From Raillietiella orientalis (Eukaryota), in the NCBI GenBank assembly GCA_036172245.1, contig JAYWIR010000006.1:3286001-3350000 (forward strand): a stretch of DNA of 64,000 nucleotides. Reading direction: 5' to 3'. The position numbers and the translations under genes were made by a program. Within the stretch, counting starts at the first letter, position 1. Each line of letters opens with the position of its first letter. Below the pieces are notes generated by a model. That model saw only the letters and a list, made by a program, of their open reading frames with translations, was not told the DNA's origin and ran no database searches. Below are positions 1 through 11,834 of this stretch, one piece after another.

Positions 1-1199
1 GAGGTGGGATTGTCAGCGCTGACATTTTGAAGAACAGGAGAAACGGGTTCTTTGGTTCAAATGGCTCTTTGTGAAGCATTCATAATCACAATTATTATTA
101 CAAGGACATCAGATGTCTTGTGGAAGAACTGGAAGTTGAAGACAGTGATGGTGTTCTCCACACGATGGAGCACATCTGAATCTTTTCCCTCATGATTTTT
201 TGTTTTCGAAGGCCTTCTTTCATAGGTCCAATGCTTCCTCTGAGACTCTGCTGGGGGAGTTTTCACGGGGTACAGCGTCTGGGATTGCACTTATGATTAG
301 AGGCGCTGCCTCTTTCTGTAAAGAGGATGAAAGAGTGAGTTGCGAAAAGGAATTCAATTCTTTAACCATCTTTTGCTTCGGTTCTTCGAGATTCCGAACT
401 ACTCAGTACCTCGGGATTTGCCAACTACCACAAAAGGAGACACAAAAGAGTGTCAAGAGAAGAAGCGAAAGTAAGACGGAGATCTCTTGCTCCCAACAAC
501 CGATTGTTTGTTTTCATTATTCATTACGTTCGAGAGCTTTCCTTTTAGCTGCAAAGCGAAAGATGACCCACAGGAAGATAAATCCCCCCTTTAAGGCCAT
601 TCTAATTTTCATGGATGCTGCGCTGGTTTCATGCTATTGAGGACTCTCGTTTTCTCGCAGCGATAGGATACAGGCATCTTTCCTATGAAAATGTTGGGCG
701 ACCTCTTGAGGAAAAAATGTGCCCGTTTCCAGTCATGTCAAAGGTGACCACGGTCATAAAGGAAGTCGTGATGCTCTTTCGGGACTCAATATCATTAATG
801 CGCAACGAGGCTAAACTGTTTTGATGATATCATTCTACTTTTGGTTCATAGGCTTCATATCTGGAGGATGAACTGCTTACGCGTGCTTGTTTTCCAGATC
901 TTCGAGCAGTCTAGGTTGTTGCCAAGGTTGGGAAGTACTTGAATGCTTTTCGATTCCAGCAGCCGAAAGTTTAAAGACAAGATGACCATTTTGGTAAAGT
1001 CTGATCACGGAGAGTCATGTAATTATGCTGAAGAGTCAAAGTGGAGTATACTGTGAGCGCTCCCTCTTGCTCCGCCTACTCAAGAGATCTTAGGGGTTGA
1101 AAGAAAGGGTTGAACTTTTCTCGATTTTCAGGAAGTCGGCAATCAGAAATCGTTTGGGCTTCAAGCTTTCTCATCGTCCTTGCATAGCAACTTTTCGTA

Positions 1200-1875
1200 T
1201 TCTAAAGGTTCGGGAGTCCGTTCCTCTCACGCTTGGGGAAGGGGGATCGCACCTCCCACCTTGGTTGTCTGCGAAGGAAATCTCCTTCCTCATTCTCTCC
1301 GGAGGGATCCCCCGGAAGGGGGGTGGTCCTCTCCATTTCATCTTCTCCGAAGGGAACCCGCAAGGGAACCTTCACTCTTCTGAAGAGAACCCCGAAGGGA
1401 CGCTTCCGAGGTGCAGCTTCCCGTGTTGGATCGCTCTCGCTTGCTTCCTTGCACTCTGTGAAGAGGCGACTCGGAGGGTCCCTCCCGTAACAGGGGGGGG
1501 TCTGCTCCTTTGAACAACTGGAGATGTGCCCGTGAGGGCTCCTGCTCCATCTTGAAACCGGAGGGGTCCCTCCGCTGTGAGGAGTCCGCTCTCCGTTCTA
1601 CGACCGGAGGGGGGACTCCCCAGTCCTTGATTCCTGGAAGGACCCAAAGTCCAATTTCCCATTGTTCCGGCCTTCATCGGGAGGCCTCCGGCTTTATCCA
1701 CCGCCGGGGCCACGCCCGAATGTCTCGGCCAACCAGCGCCGTTGCAGGAGAAACTCGGAACCCAACGACGCAGTGGCGTCAGTTTCTGCTCAGTTCGAAT
1801 ACTGAGAGTATTCGAACCCGCAACGCATGGTACCACACGCGGAAGCCTTAACCACAAAGCCTCCGACGCGGGCTC
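1200..1875 (-). mobile_element. tRNA-headed SINE-like repeat, copy A
   Basis: Minus-strand head GCCCGCG...GTGGTTAAGGC...GCGGGTTCGAATAC (A-box/B-box-like). The body contains GAAGGGAACCCGCAAGGG and GAGAACCCCGAAGGG units shared with the other copies. Boundaries approximate. Confidence 0.65.
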
Positions 1876-2946
1876 GTATTCTGAAGGAGTGGGAACGAAG
1901 AGTTCAGGTCATCCTTGAAGCATGTGGAAGCTGAAGTTTGAAATCGGAGCCATCTTTGTGGCAATTCCAAGCTTTGCTTCCATTGATCTATTCACTCTGA
2001 ATGTCCCAGGGTGAGAATCTCAGCTTCCGTGAAACGAGCGGACAGAATTCGGATGAGGATATGAGAATGACAATCTGTTATTAAAGCTCCAAAAAAAAAG
2101 AGGAGGAAGAAACCTTAGGCATCTTCGCTCTTCTTTTCCATATTGTGCTCAGAACTGTAGATAAGGTTTATCTCCATTCAAATGGTTTATCGTCTTCGTG
2201 TAACTTATGAATAGAGATAATCTAGTTGGACTATTTAGACATGTTTTGGATTTGGAAGCTTTCCTGGTAATTCCTTTACGTGGGAGTTGTTTTCAAAAAT
2301 GCGAGCATATGAAAGCAGAAGTCTAATTTATGGAGAGGAGGAACTCGAGGAAAGTCGCTTGGTTATCTTTTGAAGTTCAGTACAAAAGAGCTAATGTCTG
2401 GCTGAACATGATGCTTTGCAGCCTTGGGGAACATTCATTTTTCGGCTGTCGTGTCCAAAGAACATTGAGACAACTGATCTGCCGTGTCATCTGCACGTCG
2501 GCTTGCGAGCAGGAGCTGCTGGCAGTTGGGCGGCAGTTGGATCTCTAGCGAGCATACAGTGCCGTAACAGTTCAGTGATTCTTATTCATCAAGAGAAGTG
2601 CTTCAGCAGCCCTTTCCTTGCACCCTGGGAGCAGGGTGCACCCCCCACCCCGCCCCCACTCACCAGCTAACTGCTGCTCCTCCAGCCTCTTTCTCTCTGC
2701 CACGCGTGCCGGCCACTTGAGACTCATTAAGCAAGGTATGAAGCCAGGTTCTACCAAAGTTTTGCAAGTGTTTTCTGGTTACATCAAGAGGCCCGCAGCT
2801 ATCATTTTGCAAACTTTTCAAAATTGAAAGAGCAAAGAATCAGCGGAACCTCGGATAGACGGTGTGAGGCTGCGGCGAGTGGTGGTGGAAGAGATGGTTC
2901 TGATTTGCCCCCCGGGTGCTGACTGTTTCGCCATTCCGTTGCGGAA

Positions 2947-5652
2947 ATGGGAGGCACGCCGAGCACGAGAAGAATCACGGTTGTCAACACGAACCAGGGA
3001 GGCAGCATAATAGAGGTATGAAGTTTGTGATTCAAACCTGGAACCTTAAACCCGTTCGTTGCCCTTTCTGGGCCGAGGTCTGCGTCAGCGTAAGGCCGAG
3101 TTTTGCGTCGAAACTTTTAACTTGCATGCCTGCTGTGAAGGGAAAAGTGCTTTCCGTGGATCCTAGGCTAACTCGTAATCGTTATCCTGCGAGGGTTATA
3201 TTTATGGGAAGGGAAACGCCCTAGTGTGTTCAGCGTCCTCAGATGTTTGGTCCGGCACCATGCTTTTGTATTGGAGTAAGCTGTAATTTTTTAACAGCCG
3301 ATGTGTACTGCACCAAGTGTGTTATAATTGATTCGCAAGTACGCCTAATGCACTTCAAACGTTCTCCTATCCCTAACATTACTCCTGTATTGTGGTTTAC
3401 AGTATTTAATAGGTGATCAGGTGAACGATGACAGCTTTATGGATGATGTATTGGCCTCTCCAACACTGGTTGGTATAGGCATACCCTTCATGCATGAATT
3501 ACTTCCATCTTTGAAGTCATACTGCAATGCATTCCATGAATATGGTCAAGTTTTTCTTATTCATCAATAGACATCCAGAATAATTTCCAGCTGTTGTTTC
3601 CTCACAACAATTCTGATCAACCAAAAAAGCATAGTCAGTTGTGGATTTGTGCATCAGTACAAAGTCTAAAAGTTTAAATCCAAAAGTAATTTTAGTCCCT
3701 TGTTTGGTAACCGGCACCAATTAAGAAAAAGATATTGCCATTCTGTTTCCTCTAAAAATAGAGTAAGTTATCATGTGAAAGCTGCAGCCAAATATCTGGA
3801 AAGCTGATTGACATATTCTGAACATGCATGCTGTTTGCTTCAGTGTCAAGAATAGACTTTAACTTTCAAGCTAGGCAAACAGATGCATCATTATGGCTAA
3901 TGGAAGCAAAACTTTAATTATGAATCGATATTTTGCTTTTCAATGAAAAATTGATCCTTTTTATTAGTAAATGTTTATTTTCATGGCCTTTTTTTATTCA
4001 TAGATCCCTTTTAAAAGCAATATTGTCAAGTGGGAGTTATTCATGTGTTGCATCTAACAGCATCTTGAATTGAAAATGTGTGATAAATCTGTCAAACAAA
4101 TAAGGGATGTTGATTTAGTAGTGGATCTCATCTGCTATTTCACATGTACAGAGGCCATGAAGCTGTTCAGTTCATTGGAGAAAGAAATAGTTTACTTGGG
4201 ACCTCCACATAATATTGTTACTGTATTTGGCCGCAAGCATAAGCTGCCACGACAGCATGCAGGTTATGGTGACCCTGGTTTAACTTACACATTTTCTGGT
4301 TGTACCCTTGTATCTGAACCATGGACTCCATCCCTTTTGCAGCTCAAAGATGTAGCCAAAGAACTCACTGATGTTGACTTTAATTTTGCTGTTATCAATC
4401 GTTATTCATCAGGGCATGATCACATTGGATTTCATCGAGACAATGAACCTGATTTAGATCCCCAAGCCCCCATCGTATCCTTTTCCTTTGGTGAATCTAG
4501 GAAATTTGTGCTGAAGCACATCCAGAGAGCTCATCCTAAGCATGAGTTGCTCTTGGTTTCTGGCAGTGTGTGTATTATGTGGCCTCCCACCAATGTGTCC
4601 TGGCAACATGCAATCCCATCGTCAGCAAAAGCACTGGGACCACGTATAAATGTTACATTCCGGAAAAACATAAAAAATACACGTTCTGATTAATTGATTG
4701 ATAGATAAGTGTTTTTTTTTTTGAATGGGAGCTTGTAAATTTTTTGTTGAAAGAAGAAAATTATGAAAAACAACCTGGAGCACAGCAGTTAATAATGTTA
4801 GTAATGTGATTTGTGTATGACATGTTTCACTGTACAACAAATTGCCAATTAAAACACTTGACATCAACATGATCAGCCTACACAAAGGATGTATGATAAT
4901 AGATGGCCAAATCCCTGTTAGAGTGCTTGGTGTACATTCCAATACCAATTGGTATTCCAATAACAAAGTGTCAAACAAGGTTTGGTTATCATATTTGATC
5001 AGTTACTTGTGCAGCATGAAAGATACATTATAGACATCATTCTGATGGTTCAGCAGTTTTCAGATGCCGCAATTGACTGGCTGAAAACAGAAGTAGCAGA
5101 ACAGCAGCAAGCTAACAGATCAACTTCAAGAGATGCCCCAACAAAGGAGGATCAACCATCTGAAAAACCTGCATCAGAAGCACCACCTTCAGTGTCATCT
5201 GGTAAGAGAGGAAACAGTACAGCCATTCTAACTGCAATCTTCTGTAGATACTTCATCTCTGTCTTTTTATCCTGCTGGAGAAGTTCACATGGCTGCATTG
5301 CAGTTCATGACAGAAAAAGAACGTGAGCTTCAATCTGTGGAGAGGAAGTGGCAGCAGCGTCTAAAAGAACAGCAGGAGGAGGTATGCATAGTTTTGCTGG
5401 TATTGATGTTAGCTGCGATTTCAGTATGCTGCCATGGCCAATTTGAATCAGGAGGCATTGGAGCAGAGGATACAACATTTGCAAATGTTGCTTCCTGCAT
5501 TACCAGCTCCAGTCTGCCAGGCAGATCAGGAAAAGGTGCATGCCTGCTTACAACAACACCAGAAACAATCTCTGAAATGTAGTCAGTTAGTAAAGCAGTT
5601 TGCTCAGTGTGCAGAAGCTGCCCACTTCCAAGCTGTTTCATCATCCCATTAA
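2947..5652 (+). CDS. CHCHD3: MICOS complex subunit MIC19/MIC25 (CHCHD3/CHCHD6 family); model join(2947..3015,5057..5201,5248..5381,5425..5652), about 191 aa
   Basis: Exon 1 gives MGGTPSTRRITVVNTNQGGSIIE (MIC19-type myristoylation N-terminus). Exon 2 begins FSDAAIDWLK, followed by a coiled-coil middle and a C-terminal twin-CX9C CHCH domain PVCQADQEKVHACLQQHQKQSLKCSQLVKQFAQC. All introns are GT-AG with matching phases (about 2 kb, 46 nt, 43 nt). The exon 2 acceptor is a NAGNAG (5054 or 5057). Confidence 0.88.
4061..4693 (+). CDS. ALKBH2: Alpha-ketoglutarate/Fe(II)-dependent DNA demethylase, ALKBH2-like, nested in MIC19 intron 1 (first ATG 4076; in-frame acceptor at 4060/4061)
   Basis: Contains ALKBH2-type motifs VFGRKHKLPRQHAGYGDPGLTYTFSG, FNFAVINRY, HIGFHRD (HxD), WQHAIP (distal His) and PRINVTFR (2OG-binding Arg pair), all intact. 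The reading frame is uninterrupted. An ATTAAA lies downstream near 4848. Confidence 0.9.
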   Translation, partial: HLELKMCDKSVKQIRDVDLVVDLICYFTCTEAMKLFSSLEKEIVYLGPPHNIVTVFGRKHKLPRQHAGYGDPGLTYTFSGCTLVSEPWTPSLLQLKDVAKELTDVDFNFAVINRYSSGHDHIGFHRDNEPDLDPQAPIVSFSFGESRKFVLKHIQRAHPKHELLLVSGSVCIMWPPTNVSWQHAIPSSAKALGPRINVTFRKNIKNTRSD

Positions 5653-5680
5653 CTAATCTTAAAAAAAAGAAACGCATTTA

Positions 5681-6203
5681 TTAAAGGCCTTCACGTTCAC
5701 GTTCCTTGTATTTCTGTTGTCTGGCCAGAATACGTTTAGGCCTGAATGAAAGCCAAGATTACCAGGAAGAGTAACAGTCTTTTTACCTGGGATACCAATA
5801 GTATTTGGCAGTATGTGTCAACCGTTGCAGTTCAGCAATCATAGCATTTTGTGGTAGTGATGCTCTAAGCAACTTCAAGTCCTTGTGGCATTGTACTTTG
5901 TATATACTGTTTTCTATGTTGCGAAGCTCCACAGGAATTGGCTATTTTGAACTCAGTATGATAGCCTTGCTGATGTTTATTACCTTAGTCAATTCATATG
6001 GAAACTCGGTCTCAGGATGCCAACAGATAACCATGTCATCTTTAGGAATTATCCAGCATTTTCTGTTGAACGGAAACTGTATGGATTAAAACAGAAACTT
6101 TTATGACTTACTTCAATGATTCACTCAGTTCTCTCTTGTAATGGAAACTTCGACTTTGATATGGCAATGTTAAACGCAAAAGACTAGGCAGCAACTTACT
6201 CAT
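5681..6203 (-). CDS. MRPL42: Mitochondrial ribosomal protein L42 (mL42); model complement(join(5681..5741,5787..5941,5984..6062,6112..6203)), 128 aa
   Basis: Spliced translation: MSKLLPSLLRLTLPYQSRSFHY (presequence-like) ...VICWHPETEFPYELTKPIP...MIAELQRLTHTAKYYWYPRPKR...EGL*. This matches the mL42 motifs C[WY]HPxxxxPYExTKPIP and L-x-T-x-K-x-x-WYP. Three GT-AG introns (49, 42, 45 nt) have consistent phases. AATAAA overlaps the stop. Absent from the ORF track. Confidence 0.88.
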
Positions 6204-7514
6204 TTTAAATGTGAGTGAAGAATTTCATAATCTCTGCATATTTACTCTGGAGGACAAACACATCCCTTGTTAGCCATCATGCTGCTTACATTTATTTAAA
6301 AATGCCTCCATGCCCTTCGCTGATCAAAAGTTGTAAATAAAGCTACAATAATGGAGAAAATGTAATAAGCTTGTAAAATAAGCTTTCAGGATATGACACT
6401 TTCCCATTAATCGCTCCTTTTACACCATCTACTGAACTAACACTTAGAAAATGAAGATGCAAACCACGCAAACTTCCTTTCACCTATTACGTGTCTTGTA
6501 TAATATCTGAGAATCCTGTAACATGCAAGAATCAACATTTGTGGATTTCACTTTCCAATGCAATAGCAAGATTTAGGTTGTCCTTGCTACTAGACTGGCT
6601 TGCATATTATAATTAAGAAGCCACAATACAGCTTCATTAATGCAACTTGCAGGCCCCCAGAAACCGGAGCATGCCGTATGCTATCAATTCATCACAAGCC
6701 GTGGATAAAGCGCTTACTTTTGGCATCCCTTTAATTTGATGTTTCATTTCAACACCTTTATAGCCAATGGAAAGAAAAAGTCATGTAGGAAAGTCATCGC
6801 AAGCAGTTTGCAAAAGTAGGTCTATTTTGGCTCATAAACATAACAAGGAGTGAATAAACCTGCAAGACAACTCTAATTTCCTGCACGACATGGTGGCACA
6901 TGAGACGACCCAAATCACCTTTGGCACCTGGAACCAGGCAGAGACGGCTTCAACGTAGGTTTCTGCGCACCGCATCGCTATGCAGCGTCCGAGTTGAGAG
7001 ATTACGATCCAGAAAAATGAATTTCCGGGGTCGTTTGAACGGACCGTTTGTTTTGCACTTACGAAGCCCACCCTTTCCTCTGATAAAGACACTTTTCCGT
7101 CATGATTTGCGTCTTTACAAACAGCTCGTCTCGCATCTTGCGGCTTCAGCAGGAATTTCAGTGGTACCATTTTCAAAATTCAGCTCACGCCATCTACATA
7201 CAAGTGTGGACTCGGTAATCTTCATTCACATATCATTAAAGACATAATGTGTAATATGGCATATGCAAACTCACGCACTGTTTTGCCAAAAAAAAAACAA
7301 GATCTAAAACAAGCTATAATGTAAGACCCAAAGCTATAATCTAAAGAATATCTACTGATAAATAACAAAATAATACGTGTGGAAACAACTTTAGCAGCGA
7401 TATTTTGCGTTCCCATACAGAAGAATGAAGGAATGCTACACCGATAGAAGTTCTTCTAATTTTGGCTTCAGAATAGATGCCATAATAATTTTCGTGACAT
7501 TTTCATGTTCCTCG

Positions 7515-8850
7515 TTACACGATATCTAGATTCATTAAGTGACACAACTGAAGGAAATTCCTGATGCATGTTGCACTAAAAATTACCAGAATTTTGGAAG
7601 CAAACATTGTAATCAAGACAATCGAAGTGTGCTTGTATCTAAAAGGAGATAACAGACTAAGAGTTTCCAACGCCTTAGGTATCCTCGAAACATTTGGTAT
7701 CTCCACAAGTCGTGACCTCGTTGTTGAGATTGAATAAAAATAAGTTCAAGTAATTTCAAGTAATCTTTTCCTCTCTAAAGCTGGGATAACATTTAAAAGG
7801 CATTTTCTGTCTCTAATCTTATGTCTTTGAGCATCTTGCGAAGTTTAAATTTTCTTCGGTTGTTCGTCTGCGTGAAAAGTGTGAAAAGTCCATTGAAGTT
7901 TAACTGTTTGCTAAACAAACCATTTAGAGAGTGATACAAATCTCACGCAAAGGATTTTACTTTAGTGTATGTATTATGGAATCAAAATGAAACAGTGCAA
8001 TGATCAAAAATAAAAATGTCTTGTAAATCTACACAAACAATCGAATGCGTCATTATCTCACTCTGCAAAACAAAATTCATGCTTCAACTTATTGAACATA
8101 CTTTGTTTCGTCTTAAAGTGCACACCAAACTCTTACGGCTTCCTTACTTCTTGTAAAACACTTATAAATCGCCATCATACATCTGTGTGCTCATGTTTGT
8201 ATTTGTATGCTCTCCGAAATGTCTCCATTCATCATCTCACTTCTCCATGTAAGCCACGGACCGACGACAGCGATTTGCAGCATGACTGAGAAAAAAATAA
8301 TCCGCAATTTTTTCTGTGGAGACTCAGCACGAGTCGATTCCAAGTTTCTTTTGTATAAATTATGGTGTAAATCGTAAACTGCCTTGTGAATTACACTGCA
8401 TGCAGTGTAAGAGAGTAGTTTTATGATTTACATGGATTCCTATGGCTATATAGTGCATTTTCCCTAATAAAATCGACATTTTCCTCGTTGAAGGCACGGC
8501 ATATTTTCTCTGTCACATCAACAATTTTCTGACAAGTCGAACCAAACATATGAAAACATCCATCCTCTTCGTTAAAACAGTTCCTTTCTCGGCAAAGTTG
8601 ATTGGTGGGAAACTTGCAAGCTCCCCTGGAAATTTTCTGTTTGTAACAGGCAGATATTGCTGATAATGCAATGCATCTTTGATATTAGCTCAGCTGTCAT
8701 CTAATGCGAGTGTCACACAGTTGAACGATTCCATCCTTATTTTTCTTTTAAAGCAACATTTGCAGACTGTTTCGAGAGACAATTTCTGCTGTTGTTGCCC
8801 CGCCGCTTTCATGGGGCTTTCATAGCACCGTATTCATCTCATCCAGAAAC
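7515..8850 (-). pseudogene. Heavily decayed hAT-type (SPIN/Buster/GTF2IRD2-like) transposase remnant
   Basis: The minus-strand fragment FASKILVIFSATCI...LMNL (7515..7706) resembles the hAT C-terminal dimerisation motif (AxxILSMFGSTYxCEQxFSxMxL). An upstream fragment near 8790-8810 loosely resembles the MKGTTTG motif. Many stops, no TIRs recognised. Confidence 0.35.
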
Positions 8851-10934
8851 ATAATGGGAATTGGAGATTGGGATTAAGATCTTGAAATACCCACTTCCTC
8901 TCAGAAAATCACTGCTCTGAAACTCATCAGCCTCAAAACTGCAACATCCTGCGCCAGTATTTCTTATGGGAGACCTTAGGAAAGTGAAAAAATCTATTTC
9001 ATTTTCCTAAGGAGTAAAGTAATAAAAAAACACGTTCGATTGAAAAAAAAAAAAAAAAAAGTAAAAATCCGGTACGCGAAGATTGTCTGACGCTCTCACG
9101 GCTTGCTGGTGTTTTAATGAGGAGAATGCCAAAATTCAAAGAAAACCACTATAGGTAGAAACTTCAGATGTAACCCTACGGAAACACTCGTCGCTCTAAA
9201 CCAACAAGCTGGAGCTCATATTTCACTATTCCATAAGATTAGAATCCACTAGAGTCCTAATCGGGGAAACGGCTTTTGAAAAGAAAAAAAAAAGGAAAGG
9301 AAAAAGCAGCGTGCGAGCTGGTGCACAATGTCATTTTTCCTTTTCTACACTGTTTCTTGTTTTGCATAGTGGAGAGCTAATGATGCAGGCACCAGACAGA
9401 TCTTGTAAACCAAGTCCGTGCTGATGAAGTTAAAGGCGGAGAATGGAAATCGTCACGATACACTTATCGAGCCTGGTAATCGTTAACCGGAGGAACTCCT
9501 GTTCTAGACGCGGAAGGGGGGAGGGGGGAAAAAAGGAATTGTAAAATGGCGCTGCTCTTTGTCTTGAGGAATAAGCATAATTGCAGGCGGAAACGGCACG
9601 AGAAAGCTAGCCGATCAAAGGGAGGAAATGTATCGAAGGAAATGGCATCTGGGGGAACGCAGTTCGAATGCATTTTCAAGAGCTTTGTAAATGAATACCT
9701 TTTTTTTTAAGCAATTAATCACGTTAGACCTGTCCTTCTTAAGTTATGCAGTGTGTTAAGGGAATCCAGGTCAACTTGGCGCGTGAATTCGAAGTGTCCA
9801 CCACACACGTGGTGAATCATTCGGCTCTAATTCGCGTTGACCGCTGAGTGCAGCAGACGCTTGCCAGACTGTGCTTGGACTATGCCATGGTTGCTGCTTG
9901 GCAGGGCATAAAAGAAAGGTCATCCAGCTCCGATGTGTGCGGAGGACAGCGTTTCTCCGCAGACAGTAGGCTGATGCAGGGTGGCGATGTTAACCGGTGT
10001 GTATTTTTCAGCACCGCTTGGTCAGTGTACTTGGGTATGCATAAAATTTAGCAGCTGATGCATCCTAGCAACCATACCTCCTCAGTTTTTTGTTTGTTTA
10101 TTTCTTTCTTCCGCTCCCTATTCGCCAGAAGAATTCCCAGTAGAGCTCGTGAAGTTAAATGAGCTGTGATATCCGTAATCGCAACTTGAGTGGAATGAAA
10201 CCCTGTTGGCACGCGGTCAGCACAGATTTTTGGTCATCGATAAATGTTAGCGCTCCAATGAGTTTATGCCCATGTAATCGGATTAATCTATATTCAGGTA
10301 TATGGGGTGCGAGGGGAATGAGGGTGTACAGCAGGATGCAACATTGGTATTCAAATAAATTTCAGAGGTGTTCAGAGCAGCAGCTGGTAGTCAAAGAGAG
10401 ATCGAGAAGCAGTATGCGCTGAATTCCGGAAAGCAGACGAATGGGCTGCGCGTAGATAAGATGTGCCAACTACAGAACCATTCGACACTACTAAACTCGT
10501 TTCTAAAACACGAGAGAGAAGACCATTCTCTAGTGGCTGGAGGCTGTTGGGCGTGCCGTCAAGACAGCTGGAGAAGTGATCACAAGAGTACTACTGGAAA
10601 CATCAGTTTGTCGGCGAGTGATGTCGCTAAGTGTCAGGCACGAGCGCCTTCGCTTAACACGAAGGAAACGCTTGGGTTCTCATCACTGTTTCGCTACCCT
10701 TCTTGGCGACGGAAGTGGTACAGCAACAGCACTGTGGGATGCGAGGCTGTCCGAGCCGCGACTGTTGCAAGCTGGAGACGCTCACTTCGTGAGATCTGCT
10801 GTTGGGTGCAGGCTGCAGCAAGTCGTTTTTGTTTGGAGAGGTTGGCGAACAGCTCGCGGCACTTTCAAAGGACGAAGAAGAGTTGGGGCTTGGCGAAAGG
10901 GAACCACCCAACGCAGAAACACTTCTGTAATCAC

Positions 10935-11120
10935 ATGGCCCGCCTCTCTGAGCGTGACACCAAGCGTCGCGGGTTCGAATACCCGGAAAGAATCGATGCC
11001 AGAGAAATGGGGACGCATCGTGGGTTCGTCCTCCACCCTCAAGATGACGCTGGTCGGCCCATAATCGGGTGCGGTGCACTGATAGAAGCTGGATTGGTAG
11101 TTGAACCGAGGAACCTCCTG
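10935..11120 (+). mobile_element. tRNA-headed SINE-like repeat, copy B (5' part only)
   Basis: gcgtgacaccaagcgtcgcgggttcgaatacccgg...cgtgggttcg...gatgacgctggtcggcccata matches copies C, D and H. Confidence 0.65.
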
Positions 11121-11834
11121 CCCCTCCTCCTCTGGTTGTGCAAATGGAGTCATCCTCCTATTGGGGAGGAGCCCCACCTCGTACCATGGAGCTGGTAGAT
11201 TGATACCTCTCCAGAGCGTAAGTGAGGAGGGAGGCATGAGGAGAGATTGGTGCGTGGGGAGGTGCCATGGCGACTGCACTCGAAGGTGCAGCCAACCACC
11301 CATCCACCCTGCTGTACTTCTTCGCCCCCAGTTAGCCGGATTCGAACAGTCCCAGCTCATCTCGAACCCGCCGAGACAGGAAGGACCTCAGAGCAGGGAA
11401 GAACCGCAATCCGACCTTCAGAGGACGAAGCATGTCGTTCTTCTCTCCTGGATCCGCAAGATGCGACACGCTGTCTGCTTCGTTCCCAGCAGGAAGATGA
11501 AGGGGTTGGTGGCTTCGTCTTCCACTTGGAAATTCGGGTGCAGGCAGCTGGCAGACGTTTCCCGAGCCTCGCACTTTCTGCTCCTTTAACGGTCATAGCA
11601 GTTTCTGTTCTTCACTCCTCGATCCCTGCCTCCTCGGGACGCCTGCAACAGCCCCGCTTGGGCACCTCCCTACCATGTCAACCTTTTGAGACACTTCCAC
11701 AAGAGTGTTCTTTTTTCGATTCGCCAGGCACTCGAGAACCGTCGTTCGCCTAGAGGCGTGAAGCTCTTTAACACCGTTCCACGCCACTCGAGGGTGCGTG
11801 TCACCCTTCAAGTTGAGGGTGACCCCTGAGGGAT

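Noticed and set aside
1..960. Possible minus-strand coding sequence
   Set aside because: Protein-like stretches are broken by several stops and match no family I recognise. At most an unassignable pseudogene.
1200..1560. GAAGGGAACCC...GAAGGG repeats as a CRISPR array (also at 11.9, 48.2, 54.7 and 63.0 kb)
   Set aside because: The units are degenerate with irregular spacing, the whole block recurs as a dispersed repeat, there are no cas genes, and the context is eukaryotic.
6300..7200. Additional gene upstream of MRPL42 (ORF 6832..7176)
   Set aside because: Several splice-like sites are present but I could not assemble a recognisable protein. They may be MRPL42 5' UTR exons.
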